Below, piece by piece: positions 1 through 13,319 of a stretch of DNA of 32,279 bases. The DNA lies in NCBI RefSeq assembly GCF_006345805.1, contig NW_021832818.1:1-32279 (forward strand), given 5' to 3'. The position numbers and the translations under genes are program-made. Every line of letters starts with the position of its first letter. Within the stretch, counting starts at the first letter, position 1. The notes under the pieces were generated by a model, which saw nothing but the letters and a program-made list of their open reading frames with translations, was not told where the DNA came from and did not search any database. Source of the DNA: Octopus sinensis. Lineage: Eukaryota.

Positions 1-162
1 AAAAAAATGCTCCGCGTACAGCTAGAATTGAAGGCTTATTTGTCTCTTAATTATAGACTAAGCATTTCACTAGTGAAATTGGATTTATGGATTTTCACCT
101 GAACTGTCATTAGAACGATTTAATTAGAGAGTGAGCAAGGCTTCACCTCACCGATTTTCTTA

Positions 163-820
<658 letters not shown>

Positions 821-1019
821 TTCATGGTGGGCATTGGCAAGGAGGCGAAATAGATATGTAGGTGGATAGATAAACACACACACACGTGTGTGTTGATATG
901 TTTTTGTGTTTATGTGTATATGTGTGTGCGCGCGCCCGTAGTGTGTGAATCTGTGTTTGTGTGTCTGTATGTGTGCGTATAATTAGATAGAAGGCGTTGG
1001 ATCATCTAACCGAATTTTT

Positions 1020-1046
1020 AGACAATATGCATGTGTGTGTCCGTAC

Positions 1047-1123
<77 letters not shown>

Positions 1124-1897
1124 GTGAGAGAGAGAAGGAGAGAGAAACAGACAGATAGAGAGACAGATACATACATACATACATACCTGAATACATACAT
1201 ACATATATTGATGTAGGCATTACATACATATACGGACACAATATATACTTACACACCCATGACTCTACGGTTTTACTTTTCTTTTGTTTAGCGTGAGTAT
1301 ATATGTACGTAGGTGTGTGAGGTGTGTGCGTGCGTGTGTGTGCGTGTGTGTGTATGTGTGTGTGTGTGTGTGTGTATGTATGTGTGTGTGTGTGTTTATT
1401 GGTCTGTTTGTGTGTTAGTGAATGGACGCTGAATCACCTAACCGAGTTTCTTGACAATACATTTTACATATGTATGCAAACATCCATATATACGTAGGAA
1501 TAGATATGTATGTATGTATGTATGTGTGTGCGTGTGTGTGTGTGTGTGTATGATTCTAAGTGTACGAATGTATATATATGTATATTATTGTGTGTTTGTG
1601 TGTCTGCGTGAATATGTATGTGTGTGCGTGTGTGTGTGTGCACATATGCATATAATTATATATTTATATGTGTATGCGTATATAGACATGAATTTATTTA
1701 TTATTATGTATGTATATATATATATATATATGTATATATATTTGTGTATATATATATATTTGTATATGTGTTTGTGTGTATGAGTGTGTGTGCATATATA
1801 TATATATATATATATGGTGGTGTGTGTGTGTGTGTGTATGTATGTATATATATCTATATGGATGGATGAATATAAATATATATGTATAATATATATA

Positions 1898-1941
<44 letters not shown>

Positions 1942-2130
1942 TAATGTTTCTTTTTATGTTCAGATATACTAAAAACAATTTCATATGAACCTGGTGGGTT
2001 ACATATATATATATATATTATATATATATATATATATATCTATCTATATATATATATATATTATATATATAATATATATAATATAATACATAAGATACTA
2101 TATACATGCATATATATATATGTATATAGA

Positions 2131-2164
<34 letters not shown>

Positions 2165-2513
2165 CTTATATATATATATATATATGTATATGTGTGTGTG
2201 TGTGTGTTGTGTGTGTCTTGTACGTAATTGCATGTGATTGTGCGCGCACGTGCGTCTATATATGTGAGGGTGTCTGAGTCGTGCGTGCGTATGTCGCAGC
2301 AAACATAACGATTAATTAAATTAAATCCTGCTGTGCACTTTTCTGCTAGTATGTAAGCTCAAACTCAAGCATACACACGCGCGCCCGCGCATATATATTA
2401 TATATATTATATATATATATATATATACTAATTTGTGTGTGTTTGTAATAACTATTTGGGGGAATATATATATTATATATATTATTATTATATTATAATA
2501 ATAAAATATAATA

Positions 2514-2556
<43 letters not shown>

Positions 2557-2560
2557 CAAA
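1020..2560. repeat. Mixed (CA)n/(TG)n/(TA)n/(TAA)n microsatellite field
   Basis: Direct reading; short unique spacers between tracts. Confidence 0.9.
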
Positions 2561-2629
2561 TTCACAGGGAAAATTAGATTTAAGATTAAATCAAATTTAA
2601 ATAATTTATATATATATATATATATATAT

Positions 2630-2870
2630 ATAACGAATAAGAAGAAAATGGAAAGGTAATTAATAAAATTATTTAATTATAAAATATGACACCATCTCTG
2701 ACAGCTGTTTCGATTCAGAAGTCTTTAGGTAATTAATTTATACGATTAAAATTATTATAAGATGAATTTCTTCAGCGGTATTAAAGATCTACCGATTAGA
2801 AATACGTGTTGAGATAACGGCTGTAAAACCGTTAACTGATAGCATATATACAGAAAGAGTTGATTACAGA
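2630..2870 (-). mobile_element. Probable PLE-type terminal-repeat remnant with a hammerhead 3' half
   Basis: Minus strand reads GAAA-CAGCTG-TC (palindromic stem III plus GUC) at about 2699-2711, followed by an AT-rich tail running into (TA)n. Confidence 0.4.
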
Positions 2871-3084
2871 GGGACTCAATCTAACATAGGGGTAGAAGGT
2901 AGTATATATTATATGTCTTAAGAGATTAATATAATATCATAGGGTATTGAGAAAAAGAAAAAACAAAAGGAAAAATGGAAACAGAAAAACACATGTATTT
3001 ATAAATTTTTACAATCATTTCACAATCCAACATAGGGCGAGTAGGTTGTGTATATTTTGTGTCTTAAATAAAAAGAAAAGAACG

Positions 3085-3463
3085 CAGGAGTGGTTGTGTG
3101 GTAAGTAGCTTGCTAACCAACCACATGGTTCCGCGTTCAGTTCCACTGCGTGGCATCTTGGGCAAGTGTCTTCTGCTATAGCCTCGGGCCGACCAATGCC
3201 TTGTGAGTGGATTTGGTAGACGGAAACTGAAAGAAGCCTGTCGTATATATGTATATATATATATATATATATAAGTGTGTGTGTATATGTTTGTGTGTTT
3301 ACGTCCCCGTCACTTAGCGGTTCGGCAAAAGAGACCGATAGAATAAGTACTGGGCTTACAAAAAGAATAAGTCCCGAGGTCGATTTGCTCGACTAAAGGC
3401 GGTGCTCCAGCATGGCCGCAGTCAAATGACTGAAACAAGTAAAAGAGTAAAAGAGTAAAGAGT
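3085..3463 (+). mobile_element. tRNA-derived SINE, family A (head, CORE-like segment, internal microsatellite, tail)
   Basis: A-box-like TGGTTGTGTGGTAAG, B-box-like GTTCAGTTCC, CORE-like CTTGGGCAAGTGTCTT, (AAAGAGT)n tail; matches other copies in the window. Confidence 0.9.
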
Positions 3464-3645
3464 GCTAATATAATATCAAAGGGTTTAGAGAAGTACGAAA
3501 AGAAAAAGGAGGAAAAGAAGCAGATAAACGCATGTCTGTATAAATATATAGTAACGCCATATAATATCGTGCTTATCTACAATACTACAATACAATTTCC
3601 ATTGTATTTATGATCCCTTAATAAGGTTTATTACCTTTACTTGAT

Positions 3646-3689
<44 letters not shown>

Positions 3690-3707
<18 letters not shown>

Positions 3708-3900
3708 TAAATTAGAGATAAAACCACTATTAGGCAAATCAAACAATGAAAAACTTAAGCCAATACATAAAATTAATTTATATTATTTTAAATATATATC
3801 AAAAGTATTAAAAGTTTAATAAAAGATAATGAGTAAAACACTACGATCGTTTCTGATTTTTCCCTGTAAGTTTGGATTTATTCCCTAATATTTTATTATA
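3690..3900 (-). mobile_element. Probable PLE-type terminal-repeat remnant with a hammerhead 3' half
   Basis: Minus strand GAAA-CGATCG-TA at 3842-3853; element flanked by (TA)n. Confidence 0.4.
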
Positions 3901-3914
3901 TATATATATATATA

Positions 3915-4205
3915 TCACCGTGACTGACCAGGCTATCAGGTGTTGCTACTCATCGCTGGTCACAATGCGCTTCGCATTGTTTTAGCCTTCAAATGACGCC
4001 ACCCCGCTGGTTAAGCGTGCTCGCCAACAGAAGAAAGAGTGAGAGAAAGTTGTGGCAAAAGAGTACAGCAGGGTTCTCCACCACCCCCTGCGGGAGCCTC
4101 GTGGAGCTTAAGGTGCCTCCGCTCAATAAACACTCACAACGCCTGGTCTGGGCATCGAAACCGCGTCCCTACAACCACGAGTCCGCTGCCCTAACTACTG
4201 GCCAT

Positions 4206-4206
<1 letters not shown>
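3915..4206 (-). mobile_element. tRNA-derived SINE, family C head with tail type 1
   Basis: Head TGGCCCAGTAGTTAGGGCAGCGGACTCG...GGTTTCGATGCCC; near-identical to 10090-10375 in the opposite orientation. Confidence 0.9.
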
Positions 4207-4277
<71 letters not shown>

Positions 4278-4287
4278 TATATATATC

Positions 4288-4350
<63 letters not shown>

Positions 4351-4432
4351 ATTATATATATATATAAATATAATTATATATATATATATATATAATATAT
4401 ATATATATATATAATATATATATATATATATT
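4205..4432. repeat. (TA)n microsatellite
   Basis: Direct reading. Confidence 0.95.
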
Positions 4433-4469
4433 AGATTCAATTAATAAAGCATTTCTGTGTGAGGCACCG

Positions 4470-4735
4470 GCGTGGGTCAAGATTAAAACGCGTGCACAGT
4501 AGCTCTAGATGAATTCAAACATTGGGTAATGTTCACAACAGAACATGTGCAACCTGTAGAAAGGTATCTTTCAGTTGAAGGAGTGAAAAGGCATGTCAAA
4601 AGATTTCATATTGTGGGACCTCTCCACTGTGCCAGCCACCACATCTGTCCATTATGCAATAGATTGTGCAAATCTTTGGCCGAGCTCAAGAGTCATACAA
4701 GTGCCTCACATTGCATCGTCGATGATTCAATTCAA
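4470..4735 (+). mobile_element. Decayed RTE-clade LINE 3' end with C-terminal CCHH knuckle
   Basis: CPLCNRLCKSLAELKSHTSASH fits C-x2-C-x12-H-x4-H and resembles the CPxCGRxCxSxIGLxSH end of RTE ORF2; upstream frame has stops. Confidence 0.6.
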
Positions 4736-5479
4736 TGATTCTTTCTAGCAATGGCTTTGCTTGTATACGAGAAAGCAGCCACTATATATATATTATATAT
4801 GAAGATTCATTTGAATAAGGCACTTAAATGGTAAGGCTCCGGGTCAAAATATACATGCTTACAGAGTAAGTATAGACGTAAAGAACCACAGGTACCGAAA
4901 AACAGGCAAAAAGATATTAACGTTGACCAGCGTGGATTTAAAATGATTTTAAATATCCTCAACTGTATAGTTCGTGTATTCATCTGAAGTAAACGGTTTT
5001 TTATAATGATATAACGTACTCATTAATCAATTTTAAAAAATCATTGGAAACAGATGAAATGAAATGACACCTATCCATCGTTATATATATCATAAGCTCG
5101 TCCTCCTAGCGTTCATAATAATTTTTCTATCGTCTTGGCTTAACAGCCCTCACCGTTTGTTTTTACTGTTTTGTTCTCACTGTCCTGTTCTTGTTACCAC
5201 TTTCACCCTCCGCAAAAAAAATTCCCAAATTTTATTTAATTTGCTTTGCGGGAAGGACTGTTTCAACGAAGTCGCGTACTGTCCTTCCCTTCGAACGCGG
5301 AGTGTATGAAACAGGGACAACTGATGAAGGGGAATATTCTTTATGTTGTATGTCTCGTTTCTTTGTTTGTTTGTTTTTTTTTCGTTGTCCGAAAAAGAAG
5401 TTCGTTTTCTATCTTTTTCTTTTTATGTTTTCGTTTCTCATTGTGTTCAACACTGCTTTTAATGTCCTGTACCCATATA

Positions 5480-5580
5480 TGCTTGTATATATACATATAT
5501 ATGTAGGTATGTACATATATGTATGCATATATGCATATATTTATATTATATATAGAGAGAGAAAGAGATAGAGAGAGATG

Positions 5581-5619
<39 letters not shown>

Positions 5620-6085
5620 GTATATACATACATAATTGTGTGCGTGTGTGTGTGTGTGTGTGCATATATATATATATAATACACATATATATATGTATTC
5701 TTATATATATGTGTGTTTTTGTGTGTGTATGTATGTAAACAGGAAGGGAGAGAGTGAGAGGGGAGGTGTATAAACATGAACAACAGATTCACGATGTTTA
5801 AGATCTCAATATTAAATGATCGTAAAACTCCTCAACGTTATTAGATTGCAATAAATTCAAGTGGAAGCAACTTACATGTATATACATGATCGACTAACAC
5901 GATCTTTTCGAGTAACATATATAGAATAGAAAGCAGAATATATACATAAGCATATGTATGCACACACACACACACAACACATACACACACACACACAGAC
6001 AGACACACACACACATATATATATATTATTATATATAATATAATTCGAGACATATATATATATGTATATATACGTACACACATAC

Positions 6086-6139
<54 letters not shown>

Positions 6140-6244
6140 GTATATATATATATTATTTTCGTAAACCTTCCGTATATATATATATATATATATATATAGA
6201 GATATATATAGATAGATAGATAAGATGTATATATATATATATAG

Positions 6245-6330
<86 letters not shown>

Positions 6331-6365
6331 TACATATATATACGATATACATATATATACAGATA
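5480..6365. repeat. Mixed (TA)n/(TG)n/(CA)n microsatellite field
   Basis: Direct reading. Confidence 0.9.
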
Positions 6366-6399
6366 TGCAGGAAGTAAATAGACACCTTTATTTTTCAAA

Positions 6400-7560
6400 A
6401 TCTTTTATTTAATACGCAAAGAGAACATTTGAAATGTAATCGATAGGTAGGGCTACATGCTTTAGTATTTAGCTGACATTCCCTTTGCAGTTTTTTTATT
6501 CAGAAACTCTTTTTGGTATTGAACCGATGAGCTTTGTAATTGTCTCTTGTGGAATTTCTGCCCACTTTTCACGCAACAATCGAAACAATTCATCTTCAGA
6601 TTTAGGTTTCTGTAGAGTTTTTCGGATAGCTCTATCTAGTATGCTCCAAAGATATTCAATTGGGTTCATGTCAAAGAAGCTTTTTGATCCCATTTTCAGT
6701 CAGCAATTGTTGATTCCTTTTCGCTGTGTGGCATGGAGCCCCATCTTCCATGAATAAAAACTAATTTTTCGTTATATTATCATGTGAATACATCGGACGT
6801 GGTCCTTGCTTAAGTATTTCGATATATTTTTCAGAGTTTATAGTTCCAACACATTCGATCAGCTCAGAGCGACCATTGCTGGTGAGAGCTCCCCATACCA
6901 TTACAGAGATACCACTATTTTTTTTTCAGTTGGTTGGAGTCGTTTCAAATCAAATTCTTGATTGGGAAGCCTCCAGACCCAAACACGTCCACTGTCCGAA
7001 AATAATGCGAATCTGGATTCATCTGATAAAATCACTCAATCCCAAAATGAAGTTGAATTTTCTGCCATCTCCTTAGTCCATTTCTTTCTTTTCATGATAT
7101 TAATTGGTTGAATGAGAGGTTTTCTTCTAGTTGCTTGTCCATAATACCCAAGCTTATGCAGATATGTAACACACGTTCTTGGATTAACTTGTAACTGTTT
7201 TCCAATGTTAGAAGCCTTCGAACGGGGTTCGTTTTCCAGAATTCTCTTCAAATAGCGAAGCTTGCTTTCCGAGGGCCCAGGTCGGCCGGGACGAGAATTT
7301 GTTGATTCTTTTCCATGGCTTTTGAATTGCACTATAATTCTATTTAACTGTAGCAAGAGAGATTTGAAGATTTTCGGCAATTTTTCGCTGGCTAAGACCA
7401 TCCTCAGATTACCCAACAATACGACTTCTTTGAAAATCTGACAGTTCTGCTGAATTTTTTGTGCGTGGTATGGTTATTATTCGCAAATGTTTAATACAAT
7501 GTCACCTGGAATGCAATAGAATAATTACATAGTAAATTCTACACCGCTGAGAGCATATTA
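6400..7560 (-). mobile_element. Decayed Tc1-family (DD34E-type) DNA transposon
   Basis: HTH region RPGRP...ENEPRSKAS, then [28 protein letters not shown] and DMNPIEYLW...LIGSIPKRV; stops, a frameshift and a deletion present; TIRs not resolved. Confidence 0.9.
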
Positions 7561-7597
7561 GGACGCTTAGATCAGAAATTTTAAAAATTATATATAT

Positions 7598-7757
7598 ACA
7601 GGAGTGGCTGTGTGGTAAGTAGCTTATTTACCAACCACATGGTTCCGGGTTCAGTCCCACTGCGTGGCACCTTGGGCAAGTGTCTTCTACTATAGCCTCG
7701 GGCCGACCAAAGCCTTGTGAGTGGATTTGGTAGACGGAAACTGGAAGAAGCCCATCG

Positions 7758-7817
<60 letters not shown>

Positions 7818-8086
7818 AACTATATATATGTGTATATATACTCTTTTTACTCTTTTACTCTTTTATTTGTTTCAGTCATTTGACTGCGGCCATGCTGGAG
7901 CACCGCCTTTAATCGAGCAACTCGACCCCAGGACTTATTCTTTTTGTAAGCCCAGTACTTATTCTATCGGTCTCTTTTGCCGAACCGCTAGCTGACGGGG
8001 ACATAAACACACCAGCATCGGTTGTGAAGCAATGCTAGGGGGACTAACACAGACACACAAACATATACACACACACACACTCACAC

Positions 8087-8154
<68 letters not shown>

Positions 8155-8390
8155 TTGTGTGTGTGTGTGTGTATGTTTGTGTGTCTGTGTTAGTCCCCCT
8201 AGCATTGCTTGACAACCGATGCTGGTGTGTTTATGTCCCCGTCACCTAGCGGTTCGGCAAAAGAGACCGATAGAATAAGTACTGGGCTTACAAAGAATAA
8301 GTCCCGGGGTCGAGTTGCTCCATTAAAGGCGGTGCTCCAGCATGGCCGCAGTCAAATGACTGAAACAAATAAAAGAGTAAAAGAGTAATA
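7598..8390 (+). mobile_element. SINE family A carrying an inverted duplicate of its own tail
   Basis: Head 7598-7760, inverted tail 7811-8065, forward tail 8170-8390. Confidence 0.85.
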
Positions 8391-8413
8391 AGACTATATA
8401 TACATATATATAT

Positions 8414-8762
8414 AGTTCTTTTCTTATCAGAACGATCAGAGCGAGTTTTCCGAGCTGCCGTACCTTCGTAATTACCTTTAGATTCATCGAACTCTTTCTG
8501 AATCCGCTGCACTCTCCTCAGGTTGACACACAAACGATCTCAAAGGCTCGTATTGGAGCTTCCGGTGTGAACGCTAAGCAGTACAGCATGTTTTTTCCAA
8601 ATTTCTGGCAGAGTGAATTGCGTCATGATGCAGTTTTTCTCACAGACTGTGCCCAACTGACCCTACTATGCTGCGTAGTCGACAAAATCAAAAGCAAACA
8701 ATGTGCATGCGCGAAATCAAATGAAAAATATAAAATAGTGACAATTTACCCATTGCACCTTA
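8414..8762 (-). mobile_element. 5' fragment of a Tc1/mariner-superfamily transposon (N-terminal HTH)
   Basis: ATG at 8626 gives MTQFTLPEIWKKHAVLL...*...CVNLRRVQRIQKEFDESKGNYEGTAARKTRSDRSDKKRT, truncated at (TA)n; TIR-like end near 8745-8762. Confidence 0.65.
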
Positions 8763-8839
8763 TATATATATATAATATATGATTTTGATGAATTTTTATT
8801 TTTCCATTTACAGCTAATGAGCTGGGCCATGCTGGGGCC

Positions 8840-8848
8840 ACATATATG

Positions 8849-8887
<39 letters not shown>

Positions 8888-8985
8888 TATATATATGTAT
8901 GTATGTATGTGGATATATATATTATATATAATATATATATATATAGATATATATATATATATCTAGATATACATATATACATAGT

Positions 8986-9020
<35 letters not shown>

Positions 9021-9130
9021 TATACATATATACATAATTATACATAGTATACAAATATATATATATATATAAATAATATAATATAATACATATGTTTACA
9101 AATATATATATATTATATATATATATATAG

Positions 9131-9162
<32 letters not shown>

Positions 9163-9186
9163 ATATATATATATATATGTATATAA
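8840..9186. repeat. (TA)n-rich microsatellite
   Basis: Direct reading. Confidence 0.95.
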
Positions 9187-9359
9187 ACCAGACGTTTTGA
9201 GACATGTTTTCAGTATAACCGTCCTACGTTATTGTAATTTTAGTATATCACTATGCATCTTATAAGCTCACCTGCCAACTTTTGTTATCCCAGAATGAAG
9301 GAGACGACTGTAACGGCATTTTAAACCACTCTGTTAAACACTGCTTGCCTCAGCCAACT

Positions 9360-10021
9360 AGTTTGTAAAATTCAATCGGGACGTGAAGACCATCTGGAAG
9401 CTAGCTACGTAATACAGTTTTTCGTTAAACAGAGCGAAAGGGCTATAGAAACTTATAAAGTGCTCTGGACTGCTTAGAGACTAACTTGCGTAAGCAGAAC
9501 TTCTGCTTTTCACTGGCATAAGAGGCTAGACAAAGCAAGTCTCCTAGAAAGCTCTTGATGACCCCCGCTTTTTTCAACCACAAGGTATCATCTACACCCA
9601 TTGAGTTCTCTCTGACCAGACGGTCAACAAAGAGTATATTTTGGATATTTTGAGGGAGTCCAAGGAGAGATTTCGTCGCAAAAGGTCGGAGCATCCGCAC
9701 CAGGACAATGCAACAGTCCACAATTCCATCCTGACAGAGATGGCTGCCAAAACTATACCCCCGCCCTCCCTACAGTCAAAACCTTGCACCTTATGACTTT
9801 TGGTTGTTGTTCCCTGAGCTGAAGAAGATGAAGCAGGCTCTAATGATGGTCCTTGACACCTTCACTTCGGAGGACATCCATGGAAGCATCACGAAATGGC
9901 TGGAGAGCTACGACGAAAGTGCATTGCAGATCCAACTCTGAAGGAGATTAGAGTTTTGTAGTCCATTGACATTAATAAATGTCTCCCGTGGGAAGTCTAA
10001 AAAATTCTGGAATACACCTAG

Positions 10022-10022
<1 letters not shown>
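9360..10022 (+). mobile_element. Internally deleted mariner transposon remnant
   Basis: Fragments YVIQFFVKQSERAIETYKVL, TVNKEYILDILRESKERFRRKR, HQDNATVHNS, PRPPYSQNLAPYDFWLLFPELK (mariner HQDNAPAH and PPYSPDLAPxDF motifs); TIR-like end GGAATACACCTAGTA. Confidence 0.85.
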
Positions 10023-10082
<60 letters not shown>

Positions 10083-10089
10083 TGTGTGT

Positions 10090-10375
10090 GGAAGTACAAT
10101 GGCCCAGTGGTTAGGGCAGCGGACTCGCGGTTTCGATTCCCAGACCATGCGTTGTGAGCGAAAACACCTAAAGTTCCACGAGGCTCCGACAGGGTGCGGT
10201 GGCGATCCCTGCTGTACTCTTTCGCCACAACTTTCTCTCACACTTTCTTCTGTTGGCCTGCTCGCTTAACCAGCGGGGTGGCGTCACTTGAAGGCTAAAA
10301 CAATGCAAAGCGCATTGTGACCAGCGATGTGTAGCAACATCTGATAGCCTGGTCGGTCACGGTGATCACGGTGGT
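10090..10375 (+). mobile_element. tRNA-derived SINE, family C head with tail type 1
   Basis: A box TGGCCCAGTGG and B box GTTTCGATTCC; homologous to 3915-4206. Confidence 0.9.
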
Positions 10376-10654
10376 ATATATATAGTTACTCCAAATATGA
10401 ACAAAAACAAAAAAACAACAACGCGAGGACGTGGAAAAAATATAGTATTATTGGGCGTGTCTTTTTTCTCTTAATATATATAAATAAATGTATATAAAAA
10501 AGGATGAGATCCTTAATTTAATTATCGATCTTATCAAGTGGCCAGCATGGGAATAAAAATTAGCTTCAAAGCTAATAATTATTATTAAAATTAGTAATTT
10601 TTTGCTAGTTCGTCTAGTCCTTCGTCTTCTCTCCTAGCGCTGTGTGAACATTAA

Positions 10655-10735
10655 AAGTGGTTAATTTCGCGAGCAGACTGTTCCGTTGATCGGATCAACT
10701 GGAACACTCGTCGTCGCAACCAACGGAGTGCCAGT
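10655..10735 (+). mobile_element. Isolated SINE/LINE 3' tail fragment (tail type 2)
   Basis: GTTCCGTTGATCGGATCAACTGGAACACTCGTCGTCGCAACCAACGGAGTGC matches the tails at 16.5, 16.8 and 20.8 kb. Confidence 0.75.
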
Positions 10736-10777
10736 ATAAAGTCTTCTCGTTCAGGATTAACCAGACAGAAAGAACAC

Positions 10778-11376
10778 GGAGGTGAGCTGGCAGAATCGTT
10801 AGCACGCCGAGCGAAATGCGTAGCTGTATTTCGTCTGCCGTTACATTCTGAGTTCGAATTCCACCGAGGTCGACTTTGCCTTTCATCCTTTCGGGGTCGA
10901 TTAAATAAGTACTAGTTACGCACTGGGGTCGATATTATCGACTTAATCCGTTTGTCTGTCCTTGTTTGTCCTCTTTGTGTTTAGCCCCTTGTGGATAGTA
11001 AAGAAATAGGTATTTCGTCTGCCGCTACGTTCTGATTTAAAATTCCGCCGAGGTTGACTTTGCCTTTCATTTTTTTGAGGTCGATTAAATAAGTACCAGT
11101 TACGCACTGGGGTCGATATTATCGACTTAATCCGTTTGTCTGACCTTTATTGTCCTCTTTGTGTTTAGCCCCTTGTGGGTAGTAAAGAAATAGGTATTTC
11201 GTCTGCTACAACGTTCTGAGTTCAAATTCCACCGAGGACGACTTTGCCTTTCATCCTTTCGGGGTCGATTAAATAAGTACCAGTTACGCACTGGGGTCGA
11301 TGTAATCGACTTAATCCGTTTGTCTGACCTTGTTTGTCCCCTAAGTGTGTAACCCCTTGTGGGCAGTAAAGAAATA
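10778..11376 (+). mobile_element. SINE family B with three tandem units of about 184 bp, 11-bp TSD
   Basis: Head GGTGAGCTGGCAGAATCGTTAGC; units start near 10826, 11009 and 11193; TSD AGAAAGAACAC at 10767-10777 and 11377-11387. Confidence 0.9.
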
Positions 11377-11601
11377 AGAAAGAACACCTGCCATAACTGC
11401 TGTTGCTGCTACTGCCGCTTTTACTACTACTATTATAATCAAAGAGCCTATACGTGGTCGTTGCACTTACAAGAAATAACAGGGAATTATCCCTTAAATT
11501 ATACACCATCCCACCACCACCACCACCACCACCACCACTTCCACCCTGCTTAGCTGGTCTTACTAATACAAGAGTAATATGATAGACAATAAATAAAGCC
11601 C

Positions 11602-11960
11602 CAGGAGTGGCTGTGTGGTAAGTAGCTTGCTAACCAACCACACGGTTGTGGGTTCAGTCCCACTGCGTGGCATCTTGGGCAAGTGTCTTCTGCTATAGCC
11701 CCGGGCCGACCAATGCCTTGTGAGTGGATTTGGTAGACGGAAACTGAAAGGAGCCTGTCGTATATATGTATATATATGTATATGTGTGGTTGTGTGTCTG
11801 TGTTTGTCCCCCTAGCATTGCTTGACAACCGATGCTGGTTGTGTTTAGGTCCCCGTCACTTAGCGGTTCGGCAAAAAGAGACCGATAGAATAAGTACTAA
11901 AAGGTGGTGCTCCAGCATGGCCGCAGTCAAATGACTGAAACAAGTAAAAGAGTAAAAGAG
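11602..11960 (+). mobile_element. SINE family A with an internal deletion in the tail
   Basis: Same head and tail as 3085-3463; lacks the CTGGGCTTAC...GACT segment. Confidence 0.9.
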
Positions 11961-12093
11961 TATACCCAGCGGACAAAATTAAAAGGCAGAATCGTCATGT
12001 TTGGAATGCCTTTGACTTCAGATCTGTTACGGTCAGTACTGAACTGGCAGTTAGCCACAAGAACAACACCTCCATCACTACTACCGCTCCAGA

Positions 12094-12094
<1 letters not shown>

Positions 12095-12184
<90 letters not shown>

Positions 12185-12210
12185 ATACTACTACTACTAC
12201 CACTACTAAT
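12095..12210. repeat. (TAC)n trinucleotide repeat
   Basis: Direct reading; source of the poly-Y and poly-S ORFs. Confidence 0.95.
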
Positions 12211-12588
12211 TGACATAATATGAACTACGATAACAGATGCAAAATCGGGATTTTAATTCGGTTAGGTGTCATAGCGGGGTCATGTGTCAGAGTTTGCGGG
12301 GTCATATGTCGGAGAGAGGTCAAGAGTTGCGAACAGAGAAGTTAATCAGGGTTACAACAATGGAATATGGGTGGCTAATGGGGTAAGGATAAGAGCCGTA
12401 ACCGAATTCCTCTAGCTTACTTAGCACGACGTGTCAACTATCTAGGCAAATCGGTCGATCATATGTGAAGGTAGGGGGAGGTGGTTGGGGTATAGGTAAG
12501 AGGTGACGATAGATAGATTCAGAGAGAAAGGGAGGGGTAGGTAGTGGGGGGAAATGGGGGAGAATTAAGGGGGCTAGATAGATGTAGC

Positions 12589-12621
<33 letters not shown>

Positions 12622-12625
12622 TAGA

Positions 12626-12656
<31 letters not shown>

Positions 12657-12778
12657 GTAGGCAGATAGGTTGGTAGATAGGTAGGTAGGTAAAGAGACAG
12701 AAAGACAGATATATGGTTATATATTACCTGGTTACACTCACACGTTACACTCCCTGTCTCTCTTTTTTTTTTCTCTCA

Positions 12779-12811
<33 letters not shown>

Positions 12812-12989
12812 CTGCTACAGATGCATGTATATGTGTGTGTGTGTGTGCGTGACAAATATAGTGTATGAGAGTACATATGTATATAATGAGTGTATAAACA
12901 TATATACACATATACACATATCATTATACGTGCTGCGTGATATTATTTTATCGCTTTTCTTTCTGCCCTTGCATATATGTAAGTCCATT

Positions 12990-13310
12990 GTTCAGTTTTA
13001 TTCGAAGATTTCTTGGCAATAAAGAAAGAGCCGGTTTCTAACCTAGATTCAAGGTGCCTTCATTGGAATTTCAACATCAACAACAGGGTATTTTTGTTTG
13101 TATGCATGTATATGTGCAGAATTGTATGTTTTGCAATTAAATTATTATTCTCATGCATATAGTTGCATATCTAGACACGGTCATATATATTTAAATGATA
13201 AACTTCTGGAGAGTTTTAGATTTTTACAGTTCCAGTGATGGCTTGGACCTGTAAACTTCGAATTACCTTTCTCTTTTCTGGTTTTGAGAAGCCTAATTTC
13301 TCAAGATTGG
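12990..13310 (-). mobile_element. 3' end of an R4/Dong-like non-LTR retrotransposon
   Basis: Minus strand gives SLQVQAITGTVKI..TLQKFII*, resembling the LQKxxLLGTxKI end of R4/Dong-type ORFs, followed by a 3' UTR with an AATAAA-like tail. Confidence 0.55.
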
Positions 13311-13319
13311 TATTTAGGT

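Noticed and set aside
4529-4738. C2H2 zinc-finger gene exon
   Set aside because: It is a single finger with H-x4-H spacing and no TGEKP linker, ends in a stop, and sits in RTE-like decayed context; better explained as a LINE end.
5230-5322. Minus-strand terminal exon VVPVSYTPRSKGRTVRDFVETVLPAKQIK*
   Set aside because: No recognisable protein, no partner exons, and it lies within a repeat-like element ending in (TA)n.
6590-9830. CTGANGA hits near 6593, 8514 and 9819 as hammerheads
   Set aside because: They lie inside transposase coding remnants and lack compatible stems or GAAA spacing.
10090-10145. Functional tRNA genes at SINE heads (also 13540-13597, 17100-17175, 18145-18205)
   Set aside because: A and B boxes are present, but there is no complete cloverleaf and each continues into a SINE body.
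10826-11376. CRISPR-like or retrozyme tandem array (also 26792-27883)
   Set aside because: There are no unique spacers and no CUGANGA on either strand; the units are SINE bodies.
13035-13075. Hammerhead-like GAAA-CCGG in the R4/Dong-like 3' UTR
   Set aside because: The core reads CAAUGA rather than CUGANGA, the site after stem III is not NUH, and stem I does not pair.
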